From NCBI GenBank assembly GCA_964291655.2, contig OZ219802.1, forward strand, positions 416,001 to 480,000: DNA of 64,000 nt, written 5' to 3'. Below, piece after piece: positions 51,977 to 60,184 of the stretch. Numbering within the stretch: the stretch's first letter is position 1; every line of letters starts with the position of its first letter. The notes below the pieces were generated by a model. That model was given only the letters and a program-made list of their open reading frames with translations, was not told where the DNA came from and did no database searches. The stretch comes from Chloroflexota bacterium (lineage in GTDB: Bacteria > Chloroflexota > UBA11872 > VXOZ01). Both the position numbers and the translations under genes were made by a program.

Positions 51977-53419
51977 CTACGCGGCCTGCCGGTACCAGCA
52001 GCCGTCCCGTTGGTCGTGGAACAGCGTAAGCGGGATGCCATCCGCCCGCCGCACCCGGTAGTAGGTGCGCGTCAGCGGCGCGGCCAGCCACCAAAGATCG
52101 AAGCACCACTGGTCGTCGATGCCGGCCACCCGGTGCCAGCGGTTCTTCAGGCGTACCGCTACGGGCCGGTTATCCTCACCTGCCCGCACCTCGGCTGCCG
52201 TGGGCGTGGCGAGCGGCTTCATGCTGTCCTTCACTGCCGGATCGATAGGCACCTGCAGCGCGCGCAACTCCGGCGCGGGATGCCAGGGGGCAATATCCAC
52301 CACGCGGAACAAAGATCTCTTGCCCTGCATGCGGGCCTGGAGCTGCCTGTCCGCCTCCACCAAGCGGTCACTTTTTTCCCTGCGGACGTCGCGGAGCAAC
52401 CCCATCTGCGTGGCGGACTCACCTGTGAGGTTAGCCAGAGTGAGCGTCACTTCCTCCACGGGCGCAGGCGGATAGTCGGCCTCCAGACGGTTTCTGATGA
52501 TGCGGGCGGCCCGCTCGCAGCCCACGCCGTGCTTGAAGTTGATCACTCTCTCCCATGGCGGAGATCGGAAAAGACCGCACTGTATGGTGGCCTGTTCGGC
52601 ATAGCGTCCCCGCATCTGCGGCTGCGCGTACGCGCTTTTCAGCAGACCGTCCAGCGTCACCAGGAAGAGTTCCAGAGAGGTGGAAACAAAGGGCAGCGTG
52701 ACGTGCGCGGTGACGGACTCCTCATGTTTCAGCGGGATAAGCGGCTCGTCGTCAATGCCGTGGCAGAGTTGCCAGGCCCGGGTGCCGTCAGCGCCGAACT
52801 GGTCGCTGAGTTGGTCCACGCGCATGGCCGCCACGTCGCCCAAGGTACGCAAGCCGAAACGCTGCAGGCACTCATGTACCGCGGGTTCAAGCGGCAGCAG
52901 CGTCACGGGATGCGGCGCCAAGAACGCCGCCGCATACGCAGGCGCCCGCGTTACCTCTCCCGCCCGGCCGGTCCGGGCCGCGACGAAAGCGGTGAATTTG
53001 GCGTCCGCCACGCCCACGCGCGGCGCGAGGTATTGAGGAATGGCGTTTCGCAAAGCGTTGACGAGCCGCTCTTCACCGCCGTAGAGGGTCTCAAGCCCGT
53101 CCAGGCGCACGTACGCGACACCCAGCGCCGCCTGCTCCACCCGGTCGCTCACTGCCTGCAAGGCAGTAAGAACCTGCCGGAAGACCCGCCGGTAGACCGG
53201 TTCATTGGCCTCGATGACAACGGTGTCGGCATTGTGAGAGAGCGCTTCTTCCAGCGACATGCCCACCGCCACCCCGGTGGCAGCCGGGAAAACGTCAATG
53301 ACCGTAGGGCTACCCTCTGAGCGATCAACGATCACAGCCGGCGCTGCCACCAAGTCCGGCTGCCGCAGCAACTCGCACTTAGCACGCAGGTGGGTAATGA
53401 GCACACACGCGACCTTCAT
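51977..53419 (-). CDS. imuB: ImuB-like inactive Y-family polymerase with C-terminal Trp-rich (DUF6504-like) domain
   Basis: GV..GM.L.EA, GVA..KF.A.VAA, GLRTLGD; canonical catalytic acidic motifs absent; tail W..DLWW......RTYYRV. Confidence 0.85.
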   Translation of the reverse strand: MKVACVLITHLRAKCELLRQPDLVAAPAVIVDRSEGSPTVIDVFPAATGVAVGMSLEEALSHNADTVVIEANEPVYRRVFRQVLTALQAVSDRVEQAALGVAYVRLDGLETLYGGEERLVNALRNAIPQYLAPRVGVADAKFTAFVAARTGRAGEVTRAPAYAAAFLAPHPVTLLPLEPAVHECLQRFGLRTLGDVAAMRVDQLSDQFGADGTRAWQLCHGIDDEPLIPLKHEESVTAHVTLPFVSTSLELFLVTLDGLLKSAYAQPQMRGRYAEQATIQCGLFRSPPWERVINFKHGVGCERAARIIRNRLEADYPPAPVEEVTLTLANLTGESATQMGLLRDVRREKSDRLVEADRQLQARMQGKRSLFRVVDIAPWHPAPELRALQVPIDPAVKDSMKPLATPTAAEVRAGEDNRPVAVRLKNRWHRVAGIDDQWCFDLWWLAAPLTRTYYRVRRADGIPLTLFHDQRDGCWYRQAA

Positions 53420-53775
53420 GATGCCGGGACCTTTGTCCGTACCTATCGTCCTGTTCTCTGCCACTTAAGAACTTCGTTTTTGTGCGGAATCCGCAATGAG
53501 GGATCAGAAGTTCACGTGCATGACGAAAGGGGGGCCAGGCTAAATGCCACATGGGAAAAACACCATCTGTACGCTAAGCTCAACGTGGCAGATGATGGAT
53601 AAAAAAACACTAGAGGACGTGCACTTCTTCACGTAAGAGAACTGTGAAACCTCTATTGGCAAGAAGTGTATCCATGAACTCCTGAGGTCAAGAGTCAGGA
53701 CGGAATAACATCTTAGGCTTAGATCAGTCGCCTATAGCGCACGGCTGTGCCTAGGCACAACCCAGCTGCTAATAC

Positions 53776-53853
53776 TGTCATTCTGAGGAGCGTAGCGACG
53801 AGGAATCTAGAGTCAAAAAGCACTCTAGATTCCTCGCTTTGCTCGGAATGACA
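53776..53853. repeat. Inverted REP doublet (REPIN/BIME-like hairpin)
   Basis: TGTCATTCTGAG..CGAGGAATCTAGAGT-caaaaagc-ACTCTAGATTCCTCG..CTCGGAATGACA. Confidence 0.85.
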
Positions 53854-53908
53854 TGAAACGCAAAAGCCAACGCATCAAATCGGAGTTGCCAGGCTTAAAC
53901 CATGAGAC

Positions 53909-54232
53909 CTATTTCCACTCGTCGTCCGTCGGCCAAATGTTGGTGCTTCCCGCTCCGGCGCCGGCTCCCTCGGGCCGCTCTTCCGTCCAGTCCTTGACGG
54001 TATCCCGCCACTTGATGAAGTGGGGCGTCTGCAGATGCGCTTGGAACGCGGCCTCGTCCACGTAGACCTCGTAGAGCCAGATGCGGTTTGGGTCGCCGCC
54101 GTCCTGGACCACGTCGAACCGCAGGCAGCCAGGCTCGTCATTCACCGAACCCTTCGCATCACCCAACATCGCTTCGATGAAGGCATCCCTGTAGCCTTCC
54201 TTGATCTTGATCGGCGCGACGATGATATACAT
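53909..54232 (-). CDS. ABM-domain protein (putative quinol monooxygenase/LsrG-like)
   Basis: EPGCLRFDV.QD..DPN...LYEVY.DEAAF.AH..TPHF; AAGGAG RBS. Confidence 0.9.
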   Translation of the reverse strand: MYIIVAPIKIKEGYRDAFIEAMLGDAKGSVNDEPGCLRFDVVQDGGDPNRIWLYEVYVDEAAFQAHLQTPHFIKWRDTVKDWTEERPEGAGAGAGSTNIWPTDDEWK

Positions 54233-54398
54233 GCTCTTTCTCCTTATGTAGAGTTGGGGGCTGGCATCTGTTTCCAGTGCTACGGTTATGATAGTTTGGG
54301 ACGTCCGAACCTTCAAAGTGCAGAGAAGTCGCAATCGCTCGCGGCAAAGCGTTTGCGGTTCTTGGACTGCTGCGGTTTTGTCGTTGAGGAAGTCAGTC

Positions 54399-54425
54399 CG
54401 TCATTCCGGCATTCGTCGGAATCCA
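54399..54425 (+). repeat. CGTC-tagged REP copy
   Basis: CGTCATTCCGGCATTCGTCGGAATCCA. Confidence 0.75.
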
Positions 54426-54483
54426 TCTTCACTGCAACCCGGTGTTCCTTCCGACCTGCACTTAATCGGTTCCATCCCTGACA

Positions 54484-54595
54484 TTACTGGTGCATGCGGT
54501 ACCCACCACCAACGTAGAGCAATTGTCCCGTCAACCAGCCTCCTTGCTCCGATACCAAGAAGATCACGGCGTTGGCGATGACTTCTGGGGAATAA
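54484..54595 (-). pseudogene. C-terminal remnant of an SDR oxidoreductase
   Basis: PEVIANAVIFLVSEQGGWLTGQLLYVGGG with no upstream Rossmann fold. Confidence 0.8.
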
Positions 54596-54893
54596 AGCGG
54601 GCTACTAAGCGATTGGATTGAGACGCGATGTGCCATTGCCATGCACGGACTGTCGGCTTCGGTGGCGCGTCGCATGCGATAGGCACACTGTTCCACCTCA
54701 CGTTACCTCACGTTCGTGCTGTACGGTGGCCACTCCATTTTAGTAGACTGGACTTCGACTAGTAAGCCGACGTTTCGCTAGCTCCTACGCAACCTACCCA
54801 CTTTCTTTCATCTCAATGATGCTGGAGCATCGTCATTGAGCTACCCCCGCAGGCAAGGACGTGGCCTTTCGCGCCGCCCCAGTTGTGCCGTCA

Positions 54894-54922
54894 TTGACAG
54901 CAGACGCACACCGTACTAGAGT
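54894..54922 (+). promoter_or_regulatory. Sigma70-like promoter for the PhyH-HEAT gene
   Basis: TTGACA-17 nt-TAGAGT. Confidence 0.55.
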
Positions 54923-55047
54923 CAGAGAAATCCTCACTTCATCGGATTTTCTTCCTACCAATTGACACCCTAGAACCGATGCGCAGAGCGCTGAAGCGCA
55001 GACACAATATCAGCCGCCAACCGCACTATAGGAGGGCATGAACGGCA

Positions 55048-56430
55048 ATGATACGGCTAACCGACGAACAGATGCGCGACTTCATCCGCAATGGGTATGT
55101 CGCGGTCAAGACCGGGCATCCCCGCGAGTTCCATCAGGACGTTTGGAACCAGACGGAGGCCCTCTTCGAGGAGGATGGCAATCCCGGCAACAACCTCATG
55201 GCCAGAGTCCCCGCCATACGCGAGATTCTTGATGATCCGGCCGTAGACGGCGCGCTGGCGGGCGTGCTCGGCAACAACTACTTCGTCCATCCCCACCGCC
55301 ACTGCCACTACCGGCCGCCGCACAGCGAGGGCCAGCAGATTCACCGCGACTCGTTTACCCGACGCCGCCACCGCACCCGTTGGCTGCTGGCGATGTACTA
55401 TCCTCAGGATACGACCGTCGAGATGGGCCCGACCGGCGTGCTGCCGGGCACCCACTATTACAACTGGCTCGTAGGCCCCATCGGCCTCAACATGCGGCTG
55501 GACACCACCGAGGGCGAGGTCCCCGTGGTGGTGGAGGCCGGTACCGTATTGATGGTCCACTACGACCTCTGGCACCGGGGCATGGGCAACTCAACCGACA
55601 AGAAGCGCTACATGATGAAGTTCATGTTCGCCCGCATCGAGGAGCCGCAGGAGCCGAGTTGGGATAACCAGGACAGCGAGTGGACCACCGATGGTGATAG
55701 CGCTTTGAACGGCGTGTGGAGTCATACGTGGCGCTGGTACACCGGCGCGGCCAACAACGGCTCCCCATCCGCCAATGGCAACGGCTCGATACCGGAGTTA
55801 ATCGCGAATATCAAGGTGGACGACGAAACCACCTGCCTGGCGTCTGCCTATGCGTTGGGCTCGATGGGTGAGGTGGCTGTGCCCGCCTTGATCGATGCGT
55901 TCCAACACGAGAATGAAGCCGTGCGCCGCAACGCCAGCTATGCCCTGAGCACCATCGGCAAGGCTGCCGTGCCCGCCCTGCTGGATGCCTGCCAAGATGA
56001 GGGCGAGGGCGCGCGTTGCATGGCGGTGGAGACCCTGGCCGACCTGGGCTATCTCGGCGATGAAGTCATGCCGGCCCTGACAGCGGCGCTCAACGACGAG
56101 TCGATCGAGGTGCGCCGTCATGCCGTGGATGCGCTCGGCATCTCTCTGCAAGACTCCGCCAACGGCGTGCCGGCCCTCATCGAGGCCCTCGGCGATGAAG
56201 ACGAGTTTATGCGTCGCGGAGCGGCCCTGGCGCTATCGCGAATTGGCGAAAAAGCGGAAGAGGCCACGCCTGCCCTCGCGCACGCCCTGAATGACGAAAA
56301 CCGCTACGTGCGCGGCAAAGCCGTCCACGCGCTGCAGCGTATCGGCACGCAGGAGGCACAGGATGCGCTGGTGCACTTCCTGCTGACCTCACAGTGGTGC
56401 TACTCCACCAATAAGGACAGCCTGTACTAG
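55048..56430 (+). CDS. Phytanoyl-CoA dioxygenase-family domain fused to HEAT repeats
   Basis: F.RNGY, HRD (HxD), GPT..LPGTH, LWHRG; then repeated AVPAL..AL.DE...VRR.A..AL. Confidence 0.88.
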   Translation: MIRLTDEQMRDFIRNGYVAVKTGHPREFHQDVWNQTEALFEEDGNPGNNLMARVPAIREILDDPAVDGALAGVLGNNYFVHPHRHCHYRPPHSEGQQIHRDSFTRRRHRTRWLLAMYYPQDTTVEMGPTGVLPGTHYYNWLVGPIGLNMRLDTTEGEVPVVVEAGTVLMVHYDLWHRGMGNSTDKKRYMMKFMFARIEEPQEPSWDNQDSEWTTDGDSALNGVWSHTWRWYTGAANNGSPSANGNGSIPELIANIKVDDETTCLASAYALGSMGEVAVPALIDAFQHENEAVRRNASYALSTIGKAAVPALLDACQDEGEGARCMAVETLADLGYLGDEVMPALTAALNDESIEVRRHAVDALGISLQDSANGVPALIEALGDEDEFMRRGAALALSRIGEKAEEATPALAHALNDENRYVRGKAVHALQRIGTQEAQDALVHFLLTSQWCYSTNKDSLY

Positions 56431-56485
56431 TCTCTTTGACGTAGTAAGTCAGGTTGCACTGGAACAAGATGAATCCTCCGTACTA

Positions 56486-56817
56486 GCCGTAGCGCGGGGG
56501 CTTGTCCCCCGCCCTTAGGCGCCAAAGGCAAGACCCCATTCGGGCAGGTCGCTCTAGGCACTATCACACTTCGTCTTGCAAAGTGAAGGGTCGTCTTGCC
56601 GTAGCGCGGGGGCTTGTCCCCCGCTCTTGGGCGCCAAAGGCAAGACCCCATTCGGGCAGGTCGCTCTAGGCGCTATCACACTTCGTCTTGCAAAGTGAAG
56701 GGTCGTCTTGCCGTAGCGCGGGGGCTTGTCCCCCGCTCTTGGGCGCCAGAGGCAAAACCCCATTCGGGCAGGTCGCTCTAGGCACTATCACACTTCGTCT
56801 TGCAAAGTGAAGGGTCG
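56486..56817. repeat. Three near-identical 112-bp tandem units, each headed by a GTAG REP
   Basis: Units start at 56486, 56598, 56710; core GTAGCGCGGGGGCTTGTCCCCCGC. Confidence 0.95.
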
Positions 56818-56843
56818 AGACCAATGCAATCGGTCTCGACCCT
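56811..56843. terminator. Stem-loop between convergent genes
   Basis: AGGGTCGAGACC-aatgcaatc-GGTCTCGACCCT. Confidence 0.65.
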
Positions 56844-56891
56844 CTTGATTTACGGTGCCATTGATGTGCTGTCTTGTCGCACCCGGCTACC

Positions 56892-57323
56892 CTACGCGCT
56901 GCCCTCTTGCCAGAAGCGGCGCCCGATCAAGAGGCAAAGCACGAGGAAGAGCGAGTCGACAATCGGAAAGTAGATGAGGTGTGAGGTCACCGCGTCCCCG
57001 GTCTCGCTCTCAGGATTGTGGGTCCAGAGCCACCCCCAGTAGAACAACGTTGACAGGACTATCGTCCCGTAAAAGGCGATGCTGACCCGCAGATGCTCCA
57101 GCGTATCGGGGCACGCGCCATCCTGGTGCGCATGTGCGCGCCGCATCAGGAAGCCCTTGACGAGCAAGATCAGTACCGCTGCCGCCATGAAGTAGTTGAG
57201 AATCTTCCAGTGGGGGTAGTCCGGCGACCCGTCGTGGTACAACGGCGTCGCAATGAGCAGGCCCCACGCGCAGAATCCAACGACAAATAGGTACACTGCC
57301 ACAACTTTGTGCAGAATTGCCAT
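56892..57323 (-). CDS. Hypothetical 4-TM membrane protein
   Basis: 143 aa, four hydrophobic segments, AAGGAGG RBS. Confidence 0.75.
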   Translation of the reverse strand: MAILHKVVAVYLFVVGFCAWGLLIATPLYHDGSPDYPHWKILNYFMAAAVLILLVKGFLMRRAHAHQDGACPDTLEHLRVSIAFYGTIVLSTLFYWGWLWTHNPESETGDAVTSHLIYFPIVDSLFLVLCLLIGRRFWQEGSA

Positions 57324-57420
57324 GCCGCCAAACCTCCTTTGGTTTGATCTGTAAAGGGTGCCGCAACACTTCTAGAATTGCGCAACTGCGCTAAAGCACA
57401 CACCTAGACATGCCAATATA

Positions 57421-57445
57421 TGACACACGTATTGCGGTGTGTCAA
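57421..57445 (-). promoter_or_regulatory. Inverted-repeat operator overlapping a TTGACA
   Basis: TGACACAC-N8-GTGTGTCA upstream of the 4-TM gene. Confidence 0.5.
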
Positions 57446-57524
57446 GTGGTATCTGGCGTCCGGCACACGCGCTGGGGAGTGCTAAAGCGCCTTCCTACCC
57501 ATAGCCGGTAAGCGCGAGTCCGGC

Positions 57525-57787
57525 CCGGTAGCGCAGGTTTGCAACCTGCGTCCCCCGCCGATAGTCTCGATTGCTGAAATACTGCCCACGCCGCCTCTCC
57601 TTCCGGTAGCGCAGGTTTGCAACCTGCGTCCCTCGCCGTCTGTTTCGATTGCTGATTTACTGCGCCCGCCGTCTCTCCTGCCGGTAGCGCAGGTTTGCAA
57701 CCTGCGTCCCCCGCCGCCTGTTTCGATTGCTGACTCACTGCGCCCGCCGCCTATTCTCCCGGGTAGCGCAGGTTTGCAACCTGCGTC
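57525..57787. repeat. Four GTAG REPs in a 78-79 bp tandem array
   Basis: GGTAGCGCAGGTTTGCAACCTGCGTC in units at 57525, 57603, 57681, 57760; linkers are mutually homologous. Confidence 0.95.
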
Positions 57788-57824
57788 TGCGCCTATTTTC
57801 CCGGCTGCCTCTCTTGCTCCGCCC

Positions 57825-58223
57825 TCATTCCGTAGCGCGTAGGCGGTCCAATTTGCCCGGCCAGGCGAGCATGCGCTCGTCGGCGGTGATGAGCGTGTGG
57901 CCCTCCAAAGCCGTGGCGACGATGAGCCGGTCGGCGGGATCTCCGTGCATGTCCGGCAGTAGGCCAGCGCGAGTTGCCACACGTCCATCCACAGGAATCT
58001 CGATCACACCCTGATCGAGCAGATCACGCCGCCAGGCAGCGAGCTCAAAACGCAGGGCAAGCTGACCCTTCTGCATGCGCATGCCGACCTCCCAGAACGA
58101 AATGGCCGAAACCGCCGCCTGCCCCTCTGCCAGCGCCCGTGCCACGGCGCGGCGGGCGTGCGGCCCCAGCCGCCGGTCGCCTTGCTCCTGCCACACCAGC
58201 ACGTGCGTATCCAAGAGCATCAA
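57825..58223 (-). CDS. vapC: VapC PIN-domain toxin
   Basis: LLDTHVL.W, VSAISFWE, HGDPADRLIVATA, LITAD. Confidence 0.93.
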   Translation of the reverse strand: MMLLDTHVLVWQEQGDRRLGPHARRAVARALAEGQAAVSAISFWEVGMRMQKGQLALRFELAAWRRDLLDQGVIEIPVDGRVATRAGLLPDMHGDPADRLIVATALEGHTLITADERMLAWPGKLDRLRATE

Positions 58224-58501
58224 AACAGGTCTTCTCCCATTTCGCCGTCATCGAACCACTCTGCCGGCATCGGTTCCACAATCTCACCGAGGATTTCGAT
58301 ATTCTCTCGATTGCGGCCGAACACAGTCTGCGGCCGCTCCCGATACGGCGCCAGCCGCGAGACCGGCCGGCCGCGCTTGGTGATGATGATCTCCTCACCA
58401 CTCGCCGCCACCTCGTCCATAAGCTGCAAGCACTTCGCCTTAAACTCCGACGCCTTCACCACCCGCACCCCACCGGTGTTAATGCTGTTGTCGTCTGCCA
58501 T
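58220..58501 (-). CDS. Phd/YefM family antitoxin
   Basis: ASEFKAKCLQLMDEV...GEEIIITKRGRPV.RL.P; overlaps the toxin start. Confidence 0.92.
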   Translation of the reverse strand: MADDNSINTGGVRVVKASEFKAKCLQLMDEVAASGEEIIITKRGRPVSRLAPYRERPQTVFGRNRENIEILGEIVEPMPAEWFDDGEMGEDLF

Positions 58502-58534
58502 GCCCCGCCATTCTGGTCTGGAGGAATTTGGTTA

Positions 58535-58562
58535 ATTGTACCATAGTCATGACCATGGTCAT
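58535..58562 (-). promoter_or_regulatory. TA promoter/operator
   Basis: Minus-strand extended -10 TGGTACAAT next to overlapping palindromes GTCATGAC and ATGACCATGGTCAT. Confidence 0.6.
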
Positions 58563-58581
58563 AAGCGCCGTGATTGCGTCA

Positions 58582-58621
58582 TCTTGTCCCCTCTCCCCGG
58601 GGAGAGGGTTAGGATGAGGGG
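58582..58621. repeat. Intact copy of the REP-like element that the IS1182 interrupts at 44.4/46.1 kb
   Basis: TCTTGTCCCCTCTCC-CCGG-GGAGAGGGTTAGGATGAGGGG. Confidence 0.85.
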
Positions 58622-58721
58622 AAATGAACAGGCCGGCCTACAGACTAAGTCAGTCTTGCCAATTCAAGAGGCATCGCCTAGTCTGAAACGTGGTCGAGTC
58701 AGGGCAAGAATGGAGCGGCCC

Positions 58722-58967
58722 ATGAGGAACAGATGGTCGGCACAGCAAGCGCGCTTGCGTTTCACCGAGTTCCTCCAAGCGTGTGAATCCGCTGGACCCC
58801 AAATCGTGACCCAGCACGGCGTAGAGACTGCCGTCCTCGTTCCCATCGAGCACTGGCGAAAGCTGGAGAAGTCTAACAAACCGAACCTGAAAGACTTGCT
58901 TCTCGCCGCGGAAGCCCGGACGGAAGAACTAATGCCACCTCGCGTGAAGCGTAGGAAGCCTAAATAA
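58722..58967 (+). CDS. Phd/YefM family antitoxin with no classical cognate toxin
   Basis: W..QQAR.RF.EFL.A....GPQ.VT.HG.E.AVLV.IE.W; GGAG RBS. Confidence 0.85.
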   Translation: MRNRWSAQQARLRFTEFLQACESAGPQIVTQHGVETAVLVPIEHWRKLEKSNKPNLKDLLLAAEARTEELMPPRVKRRKPK

Positions 58968-58971
58968 TGGA

Positions 58972-60063
58972 GTGGAGACTGTGATTCTCGTATTTGCAGG
59001 TGCCGGAGCTTCATATGCAGTTGATTGCAAACAGTATCCCACCACGGTTGAGTTCTTTAGGCGTCTTCCTGAAGAAATAACAAAGAAACCATGGTTTGCC
59101 GCAGCTTCTCAATTCCTGGACACTTCAGCTAATGGAGAGCCTAAGGACATTGAGAAGCTACTTGGTGTTCTGAGCGAAATGGAAGAGTTCTGTAAGAAAT
59201 CAGTTGACCCAAACACAATTTCAGGACGGATGTTGCAGCCAGGTTATGATCGCCTAAGAAAAGTAAACCCCCAAAGCCGGTCCAATTTAGAAAGTGGGCA
59301 CCATAGGATACTTGTAGACACACTAAGGGAGGATCAAGTTTCAATCGAGAGACTGCGAGATGAGATTAACGCTCAAGTCTATAGATTCTATGCGGAAGTT
59401 CCTGACCCGAAGAAACTGCACAATTGGACGAGGCTGTTAAGGTTGCTCACAGAAGCGCCTCAGGTAGTTCAGATTTTCACGACTAACTATGATCTTGTTA
59501 TTGAGAGCGCCATCAGTGAAGCTGGACTAGACAAGGAAATCGCCACTGGTAGGGATAGCGACGGGTTCAGAACTCGGCTAGACCTGGATTATTGGGATAC
59601 TCAGAATGAGCTAATAAACACGCAAGAAGAACGGGGACTCTTGACGAAACTACATGGATCAGTAGATTGGCAACGTGGCAGCAGAGGTGAAATTGTCATG
59701 GGCCCGCCACGGTTTACTGAGGTCCATCAAAACCACATAGTCCTATACCCTGGGCATAAGGGAGAACCAAGAGAAGAGCCGTTTATCGCTTTTCATAGAC
59801 ATTTAAGGTCAATAGCAGAAAGAGCGAAGGCTGCGTTTTTCATTGGCTACTCATTCGGAGACGACCACATCAACGAAATACTTTCCAATTTCATGGCTCA
59901 CGTTCCGACGTACGCTATAAACAAGAAGCGAGAGCAAGACAAGCTGGAATTCCTTTACAATGTGATGCATTTTGATGATGGATTCACAGATGAGGCCGTC
60001 AATAAATGTTTTGGGTTCCTACTTGAGCACGATCTGATCCACCAGCCGGCGGCCAACTGGTAG
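58972..60063 (+). CDS. SIR2-like domain protein (putative NADase defence effector)
   Basis: GAGAS, IFTTNYD, KLHGSVDW, IGYSFGD.HIN; alternative GTG start at 58981; visibly AT-richer than its flanks. Confidence 0.9.
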   Translation: METVILVFAGAGASYAVDCKQYPTTVEFFRRLPEEITKKPWFAAASQFLDTSANGEPKDIEKLLGVLSEMEEFCKKSVDPNTISGRMLQPGYDRLRKVNPQSRSNLESGHHRILVDTLREDQVSIERLRDEINAQVYRFYAEVPDPKKLHNWTRLLRLLTEAPQVVQIFTTNYDLVIESAISEAGLDKEIATGRDSDGFRTRLDLDYWDTQNELINTQEERGLLTKLHGSVDWQRGSRGEIVMGPPRFTEVHQNHIVLYPGHKGEPREEPFIAFHRHLRSIAERAKAAFFIGYSFGDDHINEILSNFMAHVPTYAINKKREQDKLEFLYNVMHFDDGFTDEAVNKCFGFLLEHDLIHQPAANW

Positions 60064-60184
60064 GCAGAATTCAACTGGCGAACCAAAATTCACCCTCATT
60101 TCCAATTGGCCATTGGGAGGTACGTGATGCGGGTATAGGCCGCAAGGATCATTCCCTTGCATATGATCTAGCTGACAAATGCGT

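Noticed and set aside
51881-53320. 479-aa plus-strand ORF and similar long antisense ORFs (26254-27261, 44879-46009, 62225-63226)
   Set aside because: Shadow frames of well-supported genes in GC-rich DNA, with no recognisable motifs
53465-53760. LexA box upstream of imuB (AGAACTTCGTTTT, AGAACTGTGAAACC)
   Set aside because: Spacing or half sites do not fit GAAC-N4-GTTC
56486-57787. CRISPR arrays
   Set aside because: Inter-repeat segments are homologous to each other rather than unique spacers; no cas genes; cores are GTAG-tagged REPs
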